Shown one piece after another: positions 19,956-30,444 of a stretch of DNA of 64,000 bases. Positions within the stretch are counted from its first letter, which is position 1; each line of letters opens with the position of its first letter. The stretch comes from an uncultured Bifidobacterium sp. (GTDB lineage Bacteria; Actinomycetota; Actinomycetes; Actinomycetales; Bifidobacteriaceae): contig CAUFQQ010000002.1 of assembly GCA_959028125.1 (NCBI GenBank), positions 99,697 through 163,696 on the forward strand, given 5' to 3'. The notes beneath the pieces were generated by a model. The model ran no database searches, was not told where the DNA came from, and saw only the letters and a program-made list of their open reading frames with translations. The position numbers and the translations under genes are program-made.

Positions 19956-21191
19956 TCAGACCCGCTGCATCTCCGCTTGGATCTGCGGCTGCTGCTTCAT
20001 CATGCTGATGGTTACGCCTGCAGCGCCCAAACACAGAATCAACGACGAACCGCCCGCAGACACAAACGGCAATGGCACACCCATCACCGGAAACAATCCC
20101 ACCACAACGCCGATGTTCACGAATGCCTGGCCGACGATCCACACGGTAATGCTGGCCAATACCAAAGTGATGTACCTGTCCTGCGATTGCAAAGCCACCA
20201 CGAGCATGCACCATCCAAGCACCAAGAACAGCAGAATGACGAGAGAGGCGCCTACGAAGCCCGTTTCCTCACCGATGATGGCGAAAATGAAATCGTTGTG
20301 CGCTTCCGGCAGATATCCCCATTTTTCTCCGGAATTGCCGATGCCCACTCCAAGCAAACCTCCGGAGGCCATGGCGTATTTGCCATGCACCGCCTGATAG
20401 CAGACCCCCTGCATGTCGGATGCGGAGCAAGTTTGGTATGTGGCCATGATACGGCTGAGTCGGTTCGGACTGGTGATAACGAGTCCGCCAACCAAAACCG
20501 CACCGCCGCATGCCACGATAGCCAACCATTTGCCAGGAAAATCTCCCAACAGCAACGCGGCACCTGCGATCGCGAACAGAATCATGGCCGTGCCAAGATC
20601 CTTGCCACTCACAACCAACAGCAATGCAAGACCAAGCCACGCAATCAACTTGAGATATGCCTTATATGGTCCGACTTTGTTTATCTGCTTCTGCGCGTAG
20701 ATCAGTTCCCGCGGCAGCCATATGCACAACGCAAGCTTAACGACTTCGGCGGGCTGGAAGGTAAATCCAAAAAGGCCGATCCAACCTTTGTTGCCTTGGA
20801 CATCGATACCCAAGGGGGTAAACGTCAGCGACTGCAAAAGCAAAGCGATAATCAGGAAGACGAAACTGAATTTCCTGATGAGCTCCGCCGGAATCATCAT
20901 GCAGGCAACACCCACGATAAGTCCAAGAACGCAGAATCCCCCCTGTTTCAGTGCTTGGGACCACGGAGACTGTCCGTTGGCAATCATGTTTACCGAAGAG
21001 CTGGAAAACACCATGATCACACCGAAAATGGTGAGAATGATCACCGCGGTTCTGAACCCATGAAAACACCAAATCGGATTAAGCAGGCTTCGCAGACCGA
21101 TATAACCATGAAAATCGTCGACCTGCTTTCCGACGGCGGCCTTCTTTTTCTGACGACTACTATCAACCTGCCTGGTTTTAGGCTTTTCCAT
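19956..21191 (-). CDS. ftsW: SEDS peptidoglycan glycosyltransferase FtsW
   Basis: [40 protein letters not shown]. Confidence 0.95.
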   Translation of the reverse strand: MEKPKTRQVDSSRQKKKAAVGKQVDDFHGYIGLRSLLNPIWCFHGFRTAVIILTIFGVIMVFSSSSVNMIANGQSPWSQALKQGGFCVLGLIVGVACMMIPAELIRKFSFVFLIIALLLQSLTFTPLGIDVQGNKGWIGLFGFTFQPAEVVKLALCIWLPRELIYAQKQINKVGPYKAYLKLIAWLGLALLLVVSGKDLGTAMILFAIAGAALLLGDFPGKWLAIVACGGAVLVGGLVITSPNRLSRIMATYQTCSASDMQGVCYQAVHGKYAMASGGLLGVGIGNSGEKWGYLPEAHNDFIFAIIGEETGFVGASLVILLFLVLGWCMLVVALQSQDRYITLVLASITVWIVGQAFVNIGVVVGLFPVMGVPLPFVSAGGSSLILCLGAAGVTISMMKQQPQIQAEMQRV

Positions 21192-22620
21192 GCTCGTTCA
21201 CCCAACGCTGAGCCTGCTGTGCGAACTGGTTTCCACGATCGGCATACGACTTGAACTGATCCATCGACGCACATGCAGGCGCCATCAGCACCACATCACC
21301 GGATTGGACATACTCGCCCGCGGCATCAACCGCCCGTTCCATAATGACCCCATTATCCGCCGGATCGATGATGGTCAGAGGAATGTTGGGAGCGCTCGTC
21401 TTGAACGCATCCAGCATCGGCTGCTGATCCCTGCCGATGATGACCGCGGCTTTGATGGTATGCGCCTGATCAGCCACCAATTGCTCGAAACGGCTGCCTT
21501 TGGCCAGTCCTCCGGCAATCCACACCACGGATTTATCGGCAAAACTATTGAGCGAGGCCTTGGCCGCATGCGCGTTGGTCGCCTTGGAGTCGTCAACGAA
21601 ACGAATGGCTCCCCCATCCGCCGTAGTGGCGGTGGCGACGGTCTGGATACGGTGGCCACCTGGAGTGAACTGCTTCAGGGATGCGATCGCCTTCTCCTTA
21701 TCCGCGCCAAGTCCCAACACCAACGCCAACGCGGTCAATGCGTCGGCAAGCAAATGCGGATATACCGTGCCATCCGGCTCGGTCAGATGTGTGAACTCGG
21801 CAACTTTGGCAACCTGTTCAGGCTTGCCCGCCTCACCGCCCGCGATGCCGGACATGTCGACGATCCAGCCGTCCTTCACGCCAATCTGGCCATCTTGCGG
21901 TTCCGACAATGTGAATCCAACCCTACGGCAGCCTTCCGCGGTTTCGGCTGCGAATGCCAGCTTGGTCACGCGCTCATCATCCGCATTGTACACCAACGCC
22001 TTCTTGGCATGGTGGAAGACCTTCGCTTTATCGGACGCGTAATTGTCGATACCGCCATGCCAATCAAGATGGTCGTCAGCGATATTGGTGATCGCCGCGC
22101 AATCCAACTCAAGAGAATCGGTGAAATGCAATTGGAAAGAACTGAGCTCAACACACAGCACATCATTTGCCGGATCGACTGCGGCATGGGACACCGCTTT
22201 GCCGATATTGCCGACAGCAGGTGCGGTCAAACCGCAAGCCGTCAACATCTCCGAAGTCATTTCCGTAGTGGAGGTCTTGCCATTGGTACCGGTGATGCCA
22301 ATCCATTGCGCAGGATGCCCAGTGGCATCGCAATCCACCCGCAGCTGCCAGGCAAGCTCGACCTCGCTCATCACCGGAATGCCACGACGTTGCGCTTCGA
22401 GAATGAACGGGGTCCTCGGATTGAATACCGGAGAAGTCATCACCAAGTCGACATGATCCCAATCAATGTGGTCGAAAGAGTGCAGATCGGCATCAGGCTT
22501 CTTCTCATCCACGCCCAACACCTTTTCGGCGCGGGAACCCAACACCTCCATCATGCTCTGGCCAGAAACTCCAAGACCCGCCACAATCGCGGTCTTACCG
22601 CTCATATCCATATCCATCAT
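21178..22620 (-). CDS. murD: UDP-MurNAc-L-Ala--D-Glu ligase
   Basis: [38 protein letters not shown]. Confidence 0.95.
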   Translation of the reverse strand: MMDMDMSGKTAIVAGLGVSGQSMMEVLGSRAEKVLGVDEKKPDADLHSFDHIDWDHVDLVMTSPVFNPRTPFILEAQRRGIPVMSEVELAWQLRVDCDATGHPAQWIGITGTNGKTSTTEMTSEMLTACGLTAPAVGNIGKAVSHAAVDPANDVLCVELSSFQLHFTDSLELDCAAITNIADDHLDWHGGIDNYASDKAKVFHHAKKALVYNADDERVTKLAFAAETAEGCRRVGFTLSEPQDGQIGVKDGWIVDMSGIAGGEAGKPEQVAKVAEFTHLTEPDGTVYPHLLADALTALALVLGLGADKEKAIASLKQFTPGGHRIQTVATATTADGGAIRFVDDSKATNAHAAKASLNSFADKSVVWIAGGLAKGSRFEQLVADQAHTIKAAVIIGRDQQPMLDAFKTSAPNIPLTIIDPADNGVIMERAVDAAGEYVQSGDVVLMAPACASMDQFKSYADRGNQFAQQAQRWVNEHGKA

Positions 22621-22704
22621 CCTTCGATCGTCAGAACCTCATACGCCTTAATATCACAGTCATATTGCGTTCATTCGCAACGGCAACAGACCGAGCATCG
22701 ACCG

Positions 22705-23802
22705 TCACAAGCCGGAACGGGCAACCCAATCGCCATAGAAAAGCACCAAGGCGACCAGCACGAACAGCAGTTCAATCATCCAGAAGCGAATCACAACCTT
22801 GACTTCGGGCCATCCCTTCAATTCGAAATGATGGTGGATCGGAGCCATCTTGAACACACGCTTATGCGTCATCTTGAAATAGCCGACCTGAATGACATCG
22901 CTCAACGTTTCCATGACGAACAGGCCGCCGAGAATAATCGCGAGGAATTCCGTATGCGTGGCGATGGACATGGCAGCGAACAGGCCGCCAAGCGCCAACG
23001 AACCGGTATCTCCCATGAAAATTGAAGCCGGATTGGAGTTGTACCACAGGAACCCGAAGCATGCTACCGCCGCGCAAGCCGCGATAATGGTCAGATCAAG
23101 TGGATCAGATACCGCGTAGGTAAAGCCCTCATGCCCCGATCCCTTAAGGTGGTAGAACTCCCAAAAAGCGATCACCGCATATCCCATGAACGCAATCATC
23201 GAAGAGCCAGCTGCCAAACCGTCAAGACCATCAGTCAGATTGATGGCATTGGTCCACGCGGTCATCAGGAAGTTCACCCAAATCACGAACAGCACGATAG
23301 CCACGATCTTACCCGCGAATTCGAAACTGAAGAACGGCTCCTCAATGAAGCTCATGCCGGCCTGGGCACTGGGGAAACCGGAATTCGTAGGCAGAATCAA
23401 CGCCAGCACCGCATATATGGTAGCCAGAATGAACTGTCCGATGAACTTGCCCTTAACCGTCAATCCCTCGCTCTGCTTCTTACGAACCTTCGCGAAATCA
23501 TCAATAAAACCAAGCAATCCCATCGACAACATGGCAAACAGCACCAGCACCGCAGACCACGACGGAGCCTCACCCCGCGTGACGAAGCGGTACAGCGCCG
23601 ACGAGCCCCAGCCCAACACAACCGCCAAATTGATGACCACACCACCCAACGTAGGCGTGCCACGCTTGACTAGATGGGATTTCGGACCATCCTGACGTAT
23701 GTATTGCCCATAATTCAGCTTGTGCACCAAACGAATCAGCAGCGGGGTGCCCACGATCGTCACAACCAGCGACACCACAATTCCGATGATGAGCGAAATC
23801 AC
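22705..23802 (-). CDS. mraY: Phospho-MurNAc-pentapeptide transferase
   Basis: KRGTPTLGG, NLTDGLDGL, FMGDTGS, APIHHHFE. Confidence 0.96.
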   Translation of the reverse strand: MISLIIGIVVSLVVTIVGTPLLIRLVHKLNYGQYIRQDGPKSHLVKRGTPTLGGVVINLAVVLGWGSSALYRFVTRGEAPSWSAVLVLFAMLSMGLLGFIDDFAKVRKKQSEGLTVKGKFIGQFILATIYAVLALILPTNSGFPSAQAGMSFIEEPFFSFEFAGKIVAIVLFVIWVNFLMTAWTNAINLTDGLDGLAAGSSMIAFMGYAVIAFWEFYHLKGSGHEGFTYAVSDPLDLTIIAACAAVACFGFLWYNSNPASIFMGDTGSLALGGLFAAMSIATHTEFLAIILGGLFVMETLSDVIQVGYFKMTHKRVFKMAPIHHHFELKGWPEVKVVIRFWMIELLFVLVALVLFYGDWVARSGL

Positions 23803-23883
23803 CTGATGTTCTCCGTTTCAGTCAGACATTCTTCAGATAACGTCGTTTATTCGATTATTCGAATCTTGCCAAATATTCTTATT

Positions 23884-25374
23884 CTATTGTGCAGCCAGGG
23901 CCTGCCAACGTTCGGCCAAAGCACTCAAGCCGGAAGCGTGGGAGCCCTTAAGCAGCACCACAGCGCCCGGATGTTCCACGGCGAGTTGCGTCACCAGACG
24001 ATCGGCCTCGTCAATGTCGTGCACCCAATCAATATGGGAAGCACATCCCGCAGCGGATGCACCTTCAGCCATGGCACCGGCCAGAGCGTCCAAAGAGGCA
24101 TCGGATGCGCTGCCGACCGTCAGCAACGCGTCAACGTCGCCTTCCACCGCATACCGGCCGATGCCAGCATGCAAATCCTTTTCATCCGGACCAAGCTCAA
24201 GCATGGCACCCAACACCGCAATACGGAACGGTTGGGTCTCAGCACCCGCCTTCCAACGCAACAATCCGTCAAGCCCCGCCTTCATGGAATCGGGATTGGC
24301 ATTAAACGAATCGTCGATCAAGGTGAACGATGTTTCAGGCTTGTGCACCGTGGAAACAGCCATACGATGAGGACTGATGGCCGTGACGTCAGACAGCGCG
24401 GACGCGACCTCATCCATCGACATACCCAAATGCATCGCTACCGAAGCAGCCGCCAACGCATTCATAACGTTATGCTGACCGCAAATGCCCAGGGTGACCT
24501 CGGCATGCTCGCCATCACCATTGTCCAAAATGAAGCTCGGATGGTCCAATTCGTCGCAATGCACATGTTGCGCGCTGATTGCCGGCTTGCCGTCATTGTT
24601 CTGCGGAAGTCCGAACCACATCACGTCGCCCGGAGCGATGGCGCTCATCGCAGCCACATGCTCGTCATTCGCGTTCAGTACGGAAAGACCACCTGGAACA
24701 AGACCACGGATGATTTCCGATTTGGCTTGTGCGATGCGTTCCGGCGAGCCGAATTCCCCTAGATGCGCGACGCCGACTTTCAACACGACCGCAATATCCG
24801 GCGGCACCAGCGACGTCAAATTCGCGATTTCCCCAACATGATTGGCACCCATTTCCGCAACCAGAAAGCGAGTTTCCGCATGTACTTTGAGCGAAGTCAG
24901 CGGCAGTCCGATTTCATTGTTGAACGATCCGACCGGCGCAATCGTCGGTCCTATGTGCGCCAGCAACGCCTTCATGAGATCCTTGGTAGTGGTTTTTCCG
25001 ACGGAACCGGTGATGCCAATCACCGTAAACGGCGTTTCCAACGCACGCCGGCGTTCGATATTGTGCTTGGCCAACGCGCCCAAGGCAAGCACCGTATCTT
25101 CCACCACGATCTGAGGCACTCCGGCACCGTCGATCTCATGGTCGACTATTGCGGCAACAGCGCCCTGAGCGCCTACCTTCGACACATAATCGTGGCCATC
25201 CACGCGTTCTCCGGCAATCGCCACGAATACCGATCCTTCAACAATCTGTCGTGAATCAGTGAATGTGCTGGTGGCCACAGGCGTATCGATCGCCGCGGTG
25301 CCGGCAATCAGCCGTCCCTGAACCGCCTGGGCGATTTCCTCCAAGCTCATTGGCATCATGGTCGGGCTGCTCAC
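23884..25374 (-). CDS. murF: UDP-MurNAc-tripeptide--D-Ala-D-Ala ligase
   Basis: TDSR, GSVGKTTTK, SFNNEIGLP, EMGA, DSFNANPDS, LKGS; start inferred from RBS. Confidence 0.93.
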   Translation of the reverse strand: MSSPTMMPMSLEEIAQAVQGRLIAGTAAIDTPVATSTFTDSRQIVEGSVFVAIAGERVDGHDYVSKVGAQGAVAAIVDHEIDGAGVPQIVVEDTVLALGALAKHNIERRRALETPFTVIGITGSVGKTTTKDLMKALLAHIGPTIAPVGSFNNEIGLPLTSLKVHAETRFLVAEMGANHVGEIANLTSLVPPDIAVVLKVGVAHLGEFGSPERIAQAKSEIIRGLVPGGLSVLNANDEHVAAMSAIAPGDVMWFGLPQNNDGKPAISAQHVHCDELDHPSFILDNGDGEHAEVTLGICGQHNVMNALAAASVAMHLGMSMDEVASALSDVTAISPHRMAVSTVHKPETSFTLIDDSFNANPDSMKAGLDGLLRWKAGAETQPFRIAVLGAMLELGPDEKDLHAGIGRYAVEGDVDALLTVGSASDASLDALAGAMAEGASAAGCASHIDWVHDIDEADRLVTQLAVEHPGAVVLLKGSHASGLSALAERWQALAAQ

Positions 25375-25464
25375 TCTGATTTCTCCTCTGTGTTGATGTA
25401 CTGCATATTGTTCACGTTGTTTACGATTATCACTATTCGACGTCCGCATCCGTTCCGATCGAGA

Positions 25465-26343
25465 CTAGTTCAGATCTCGAGATACACGCAATGCGCTTTT
25501 AATATTGGCTTTACGTACGCCGGCCGCAAGCACCATGGCGATGGACAATGACAGCGCGCTGCTGTCCGTCTGCCCGTATGCCTCCGTCGCTTGCGCTGCG
25601 AGCGCATCGGATTCCTGCGTACGACCTGCGATGTGGGTCTGCTTGCCGACAGTGCATCCAAACCGTGCGACCGACTTGACGATCTCAGCCTCGCTGAGAC
25701 CCTTGTCGTCGCAGCCAAGCACATCAACATTCACCGACTGCAACGCATCGTCATTCAACGTTTCCTCGCTGAGCGCAAGGATCACAGCGGCGGCGCCGTC
25801 TTCGGCGCACACAGCCATCGTACGCTGCACGTCAAGAATCGACAATGGATAGTTCAGATCAAGGAATCGTTCCAACGATTGCGAATTGCCGGCACTAATC
25901 ACGCCGACCGGATTGCCGAGCATGTGCAGGAAATCCGCGAGATCCCTCACACCCTGTTCCACCGTTTGCGTATTGCTGCCAGCCACGGCGAACACCGCCA
26001 GCGAATCGGATGGGCTGCCCGCCATCTCGCTGGCAAGCTTGCCCAACTGTTGCGCAGTCGGTTCGGCATAAATCAAAGGAATCTGAACGCCATCCGTTTT
26101 TCCTCGCAACGCATGCGGCACCACCGCACCATACGCACCAAGCGCTTGCACCTGCCGTAACTGTTGCTCATCCACCTGCATGGACGGCATGAACAACGAT
26201 CCCGGCCGCACCGAATCGATATCGTCCGCAATGGACGTGATCGTCACTTCAGTGGCAAACGTAGGATCCAAGTCAAAGCCATATCTGCTGGCAAGCAGAC
26301 CCAACGTCATTCGCCTATTCATGGATTCGCTGACCGCGCTCAT
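25465..26343 (-). CDS. Short, degenerate MurE-like protein (Mur ligase N-terminal-like region, no P-loop)
   Basis: Occupies the murE position between ftsI and murF; SVRPGSLF...GAYGAVV and PSDSLAVFAVAG resemble the MurE N-terminus, but GTNGKTT is absent and it is only 292 aa. Confidence 0.65.
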   Translation of the reverse strand: MSAVSESMNRRMTLGLLASRYGFDLDPTFATEVTITSIADDIDSVRPGSLFMPSMQVDEQQLRQVQALGAYGAVVPHALRGKTDGVQIPLIYAEPTAQQLGKLASEMAGSPSDSLAVFAVAGSNTQTVEQGVRDLADFLHMLGNPVGVISAGNSQSLERFLDLNYPLSILDVQRTMAVCAEDGAAAVILALSEETLNDDALQSVNVDVLGCDDKGLSEAEIVKSVARFGCTVGKQTHIAGRTQESDALAAQATEAYGQTDSSALSLSIAMVLAAGVRKANIKSALRVSRDLN

Positions 26344-26376
26344 CTTTCCGCCCCTCCGTTCTTCATGCTCACACAC

Positions 26377-28179
26377 TCACCACGTCACTGGAATAGCATC
26401 AGTTCGCGGACTTGACGCCGGCACTTCGTACTTCTGCATAAGGAATTCACCAATCTCCGCAGTGACCGGGCCTGCCGTCAGACCACCATAAACGCCTTGC
26501 GGCTCTTTCAACACCACCGTAACGACGAAACGAGGATTATCCGCAGGAATAATCGCAGAATAATCGCTGATAATCGACGACAGACGTCCGTCCGCACCGG
26601 CAACTTCCGCGGTACCGGACTTTGCCGCGACACGGTAACCATCCACTTTGATGAACTGGGAATAGTGGTCGGACACGGATTCCATGGCATTCATCACCTG
26701 TGAGGCCACCTGCTCGTCAATCACGCGCGTCGCTTCGCCTTCAGGCTTCTGCTCTTCGGAATGCCCTTCGGCATCGCTGATCGCCTTGATGATGCGCTGC
26801 GGCTTTTTGACGCCCTTGTTGGCGATCACGGCAACCGCGTTCGTCAACTGGAGCGCATTGGTCGTATACGCCTGGCCGAACAGCACGGTGTTCTGGGTTC
26901 GCAGATCCCATTGATCGGCCGAATACAGCAGACCATCCGCTTCGCCGGGAAGACCAAGCCCATTGTCTTGTCCGATACCGAATTTGCTGATGAACTCATA
27001 TCGCTGCTCGTTAGACATCTTCTCCGCGGCGATGATCATGCCGACATTCGACGATTGCTCGAGAATGCCTGCCAGCGTCCAATGCTCATCGCCGTGGGTC
27101 GTCGCATCGCTGTAGGTCTGCCCGTTCGTCGTAATGTGGTCCGGCACCGTGAATTTATCCGATGCCTGGTGCAATCCAAGCTGAATCATGCCTGACATGG
27201 TGAAAACCTTGCCGATGGAACCGGGTTCAAACGTTTCGCTGACGGCCCTGGAAACCGTCATTTTCGCCTGGTCGCTGCCGGCTTCGATTTCGTCGCTATC
27301 GGCGAGCGCGAGAATGTCCCCTGTTTGTGTGTCCTGCACCACGGCGACTCCCCACGGTGAACTATATTTCGTGCAGCTTTCCTTCAGCACTTTTTCGACG
27401 TACCACTGCACGTCATGGTCGATGGTCAGTGTGACATCGGAGCCGTTGACCGCGTCTTTTGATTCGGTCATGGTTCCGGGGATTTCGACGCCGTTGTTGC
27501 CTTGTTGGTAGACTTGGTACCCGTCTTCGCCTGTCAACGTCTTGTTTTCCATCTGTTCGATGCCCGCTACGCCTTTGCCTTCACCGTCGACACCTCCCAG
27601 CAGTGCGCCCATCAGGGTTCCGTTGGAATAGATGCGCTCGTTGCTGAGTTCCGCGTAGACGATACCGCCCAGATTGAGTTTGGAGATCTTGCGCTTAACG
27701 GCCGGCGTCACATCTTTTTTGAGTACCGCATATTGGCCTGTTCCCGAAAGCATGGCACCCAATTCGGTGGCGTCCATGTCCAGTACCGGAGCGAGGAGTC
27801 TAGCTACCGCCGCAGCTCCGGTAGCACCTACCGGCTTGCCATCGATCTGATGGCAGTTGTCTCCGGCCTGTTTGGTGCAGGTTGTGGGAGTGAAGGCCTG
27901 TGCTTCCTCGGGGTTGCCGATGATGGTGTAGCGCTCCACGCTTTGCGCGAGAATCGAGCCGTTCGTGTCCATGATTTTGCCGCGCCGTGCCTTCAAAGTC
28001 ACGGTAATCGTGCGGCTTTGCGCCGCGGCCTGCGCCATGGTTTTGCCATTGATCAACTGGATGTTGGCCAATTGAATAAGGCAAGCCGTGCCCATCAACG
28101 CCAGAATGACGCCGATGGCCATGGTTTTCGTAAGCAGTTTCTTGTGGAAACGTGCGTAAGTGCGGTGAAAAGGATTCAC
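26377..28179 (-). CDS. ftsI: Class B penicillin-binding protein FtsI
   Basis: RGKIMD; SxxK (EPGSIGK), SxN (SSN) and KSG motifs. Confidence 0.93.
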   Translation of the reverse strand: MNPFHRTYARFHKKLLTKTMAIGVILALMGTACLIQLANIQLINGKTMAQAAAQSRTITVTLKARRGKIMDTNGSILAQSVERYTIIGNPEEAQAFTPTTCTKQAGDNCHQIDGKPVGATGAAAVARLLAPVLDMDATELGAMLSGTGQYAVLKKDVTPAVKRKISKLNLGGIVYAELSNERIYSNGTLMGALLGGVDGEGKGVAGIEQMENKTLTGEDGYQVYQQGNNGVEIPGTMTESKDAVNGSDVTLTIDHDVQWYVEKVLKESCTKYSSPWGVAVVQDTQTGDILALADSDEIEAGSDQAKMTVSRAVSETFEPGSIGKVFTMSGMIQLGLHQASDKFTVPDHITTNGQTYSDATTHGDEHWTLAGILEQSSNVGMIIAAEKMSNEQRYEFISKFGIGQDNGLGLPGEADGLLYSADQWDLRTQNTVLFGQAYTTNALQLTNAVAVIANKGVKKPQRIIKAISDAEGHSEEQKPEGEATRVIDEQVASQVMNAMESVSDHYSQFIKVDGYRVAAKSGTAEVAGADGRLSSIISDYSAIIPADNPRFVVTVVLKEPQGVYGGLTAGPVTAEIGEFLMQKYEVPASSPRTDAIPVTW

Positions 28180-28631
28180 TGAGCGTCGTCTCCGCTTGGC
28201 TGGTAGCCGTTCAGATCAATCGTTAGAGCGCCTTTTTGGGGCACCATGCCCATTTCCTCGGCCTTGCTCGGCAGCGAGGCTTCAAGTTCGTCAAGCTTGG
28301 CCTGGTCATCTTCCACGTCTTGGGTCAGGCGGGTAATGTTCGACTCAATCTGGTTCGCCTCGAAGGAATGCTGCACCATTTGGGTACGCAGCGTTAAGGA
28401 TCCCAGAAGACATCCGCCGAGGAACACCACGGCGATAACCAGATGCAACAATGGAGTGCTTCTGGTGCGCGTCCATGTGATGAGCTGTTCGAATCCTCGC
28501 TTGACGCTGTTGCCTTCGGCCCGCGTTCCTTTGACGACGTGCAATTCAGGGCGAGTGGTGCCAGCGGTTTCGGTTTGGTCCCGGCGTCCTGCGGGAGCCG
28601 CGTTTGATGCGATCGTTCTTGGTGCGGCCAC
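28176..28631 (-). CDS. ftsL: Cell division protein FtsL-like
   Basis: One TM plus coiled coil, AEEMGMVP; lies between rsmH and ftsI. Confidence 0.7.
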   Translation of the reverse strand: MAAPRTIASNAAPAGRRDQTETAGTTRPELHVVKGTRAEGNSVKRGFEQLITWTRTRSTPLLHLVIAVVFLGGCLLGSLTLRTQMVQHSFEANQIESNITRLTQDVEDDQAKLDELEASLPSKAEEMGMVPQKGALTIDLNGYQPSGDDAQ

Positions 28632-28633
28632 GT

Positions 28634-29665
28634 TCAGCCCCTCCTTCCTTGTCGTTTCATGCTTGCGTAATCATTGCCTTGGTCGAATCGTTTTCGCCAG
28701 CGTTCAGGAATTGGTCTGGTCAGTTCCACTGCGCGCAGTCGCACAGAGGCCGACCTTGGATTCATGGCGATTTCTTCCTCGGCCGCTTTGATGGCGCCTC
28801 GCGTCAGTTCTTTGAAGAACGGCATCATATCCGGGGGTATTACCGGCATATCTGCGGGCACGTCAGCTTTCAGACCTTGATTCATAAATGTTTTGACGGT
28901 CTTGTCTTCCAGCGAATGGTACGACTCCACCACCAAACGTCCTCCCACCGCAAGATGGTTGGCGATCTGCGGTAGCGTCCCCGCCAATTTGTCGAGCTCG
29001 CCGTTGACTTCAATACGTAATGCCTGGAACACACGTTTCGCGGGATTTCCCGCAGGACGGTGCGCTTGCGGCACAACCTCATCCACCAATCGGTTGAGCT
29101 GCCCCGATGTGGTCAATGGTTCGATCTCACGCCTACGCACGATTTCGCGGGCTATCTGCTTGGAGAAGCGTTCCTCACCATATGTACGGAAAATGCGTAC
29201 CAGATCAGCGAACGAATATTCAGCAAGTATCTGTTCGGCGGTCAATGGCTGGGTCACGTCCATACGCATGTCCAAAGGCGCATCGTGAGAATAGGAGAAT
29301 CCCCGCTCCGTCTCGTCAATCTGCAAACTCGACAATCCCAAATCCATGAACACGGCGTTTACCTGGTCGATCCCCTGATCATCAAGCACTTGCGCGAAAT
29401 CGTCGAATGCGGCGTGCACGGGTATGAAGCGGTCGGCAAGACCTTCCATCCGCATTCGCTGCGTGGCGAGCGAAAGCGCCTCCGTGTCTCGATCGATGCC
29501 GATCAGACGCGCTTGCGGACTCGCTTTGAGAAAAGCCGTGGAATGCCCCGCCAAACCAAGCGTGCAATCCACCGCAATCGACCCTGGCCTCGCCAACGCC
29601 GGGACCACCAGATCCACGCAGTCGCGCAGCAACACTGGCTGATGTATGGTCGTTACATCTGTCAT
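28634..29665 (-). CDS. rsmH: 16S rRNA m4C1402 methyltransferase
   Basis: HQPVL, DCTLGLAGHS, DLGLSSLQID, FQALRIEVN, SYHSLED, NPRS. Confidence 0.96.
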   Translation of the reverse strand: MTDVTTIHQPVLLRDCVDLVVPALARPGSIAVDCTLGLAGHSTAFLKASPQARLIGIDRDTEALSLATQRMRMEGLADRFIPVHAAFDDFAQVLDDQGIDQVNAVFMDLGLSSLQIDETERGFSYSHDAPLDMRMDVTQPLTAEQILAEYSFADLVRIFRTYGEERFSKQIAREIVRRREIEPLTTSGQLNRLVDEVVPQAHRPAGNPAKRVFQALRIEVNGELDKLAGTLPQIANHLAVGGRLVVESYHSLEDKTVKTFMNQGLKADVPADMPVIPPDMMPFFKELTRGAIKAAEEEIAMNPRSASVRLRAVELTRPIPERWRKRFDQGNDYASMKRQGRRG

Positions 29666-30186
29666 CAGAATTCCACCGCCGGTAATACGTCATCGGCAAT
29701 ATCGGAATATCCCTGCTCCTGTTCGGCGAGATATTCCTCCCATGCCTGCTTGTTCCAAATCTCCGCTCGGGTCCCCACGCCAATCACCACGATGTCGCTT
29801 CCCAAATTCGCGTAATCGCGCAACATCTGCGGCACGAGCACACGTCCTTGCCTGTCTGGCTCCTGATTAACCGCGCCGGAAAGGAACACACGCAAATAAT
29901 CACGTGCAGCCTTGTTTCCCATGGATGTGCGCTGGATCTGCAATGCGATCCGGCGAAATTCCGATTGGGGCAACAGATAGACACATCGCTCCTGACCACG
30001 GGCCATCACCATGCCCGGTCCCAGCTGGCTGCGAAATTTTGCAGGCAATGCCATACGTCCTTTGGCGTCGATTTTTGGAGTGTATGTTCCCAACAGCAGC
30101 GGAGGCAGTCCAGCCATCACACCGCTCGCTTGCGTCGAACCATCGTCGGAGAAGGGCTCGGTTTCAACGCTTTGAACCATCGCCAC
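29665..30186 (-). CDS. mraZ: Transcriptional regulator MraZ
   Basis: DAKGR..LPAKFR, DRQGR, EIW motifs. Confidence 0.95.
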   Translation of the reverse strand: MAMVQSVETEPFSDDGSTQASGVMAGLPPLLLGTYTPKIDAKGRMALPAKFRSQLGPGMVMARGQERCVYLLPQSEFRRIALQIQRTSMGNKAARDYLRVFLSGAVNQEPDRQGRVLVPQMLRDYANLGSDIVVIGVGTRAEIWNKQAWEEYLAEQEQGYSDIADDVLPAVEF

Positions 30187-30230
30187 ACCTCCTTACATGA
30201 TGCGCGGGAACACCTAGACCCAAAACTCTT

Positions 30231-30267
30231 TCCCCACTTTACCCCACGCATCACCATAAATCCCCAC
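30231..30267 (-). promoter_or_regulatory. MraZ-binding direct repeats
   Basis: TCCCCAC / ACCCCAC / TCACCAT / TCCCCAC at a 10-nt period (GTGG-type on the minus strand) upstream of mraZ. Confidence 0.75.
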
Positions 30268-30444
30268 ATAAATGGAAAAAATCAGCAAATGCTGAGGTTG
30301 ATTTTCCCCACATTGAACGAATGGCATCAAATCAACTACCGTAAATTCATCCTTGCTTCGCTATGTCGCACTCGCCCTCGTCGGTTTTCGTAGAAGCCTC
30401 GGGGTACATTGGAGTGCCTAAGTTTTGTGAGGAAGGGATTGCAG

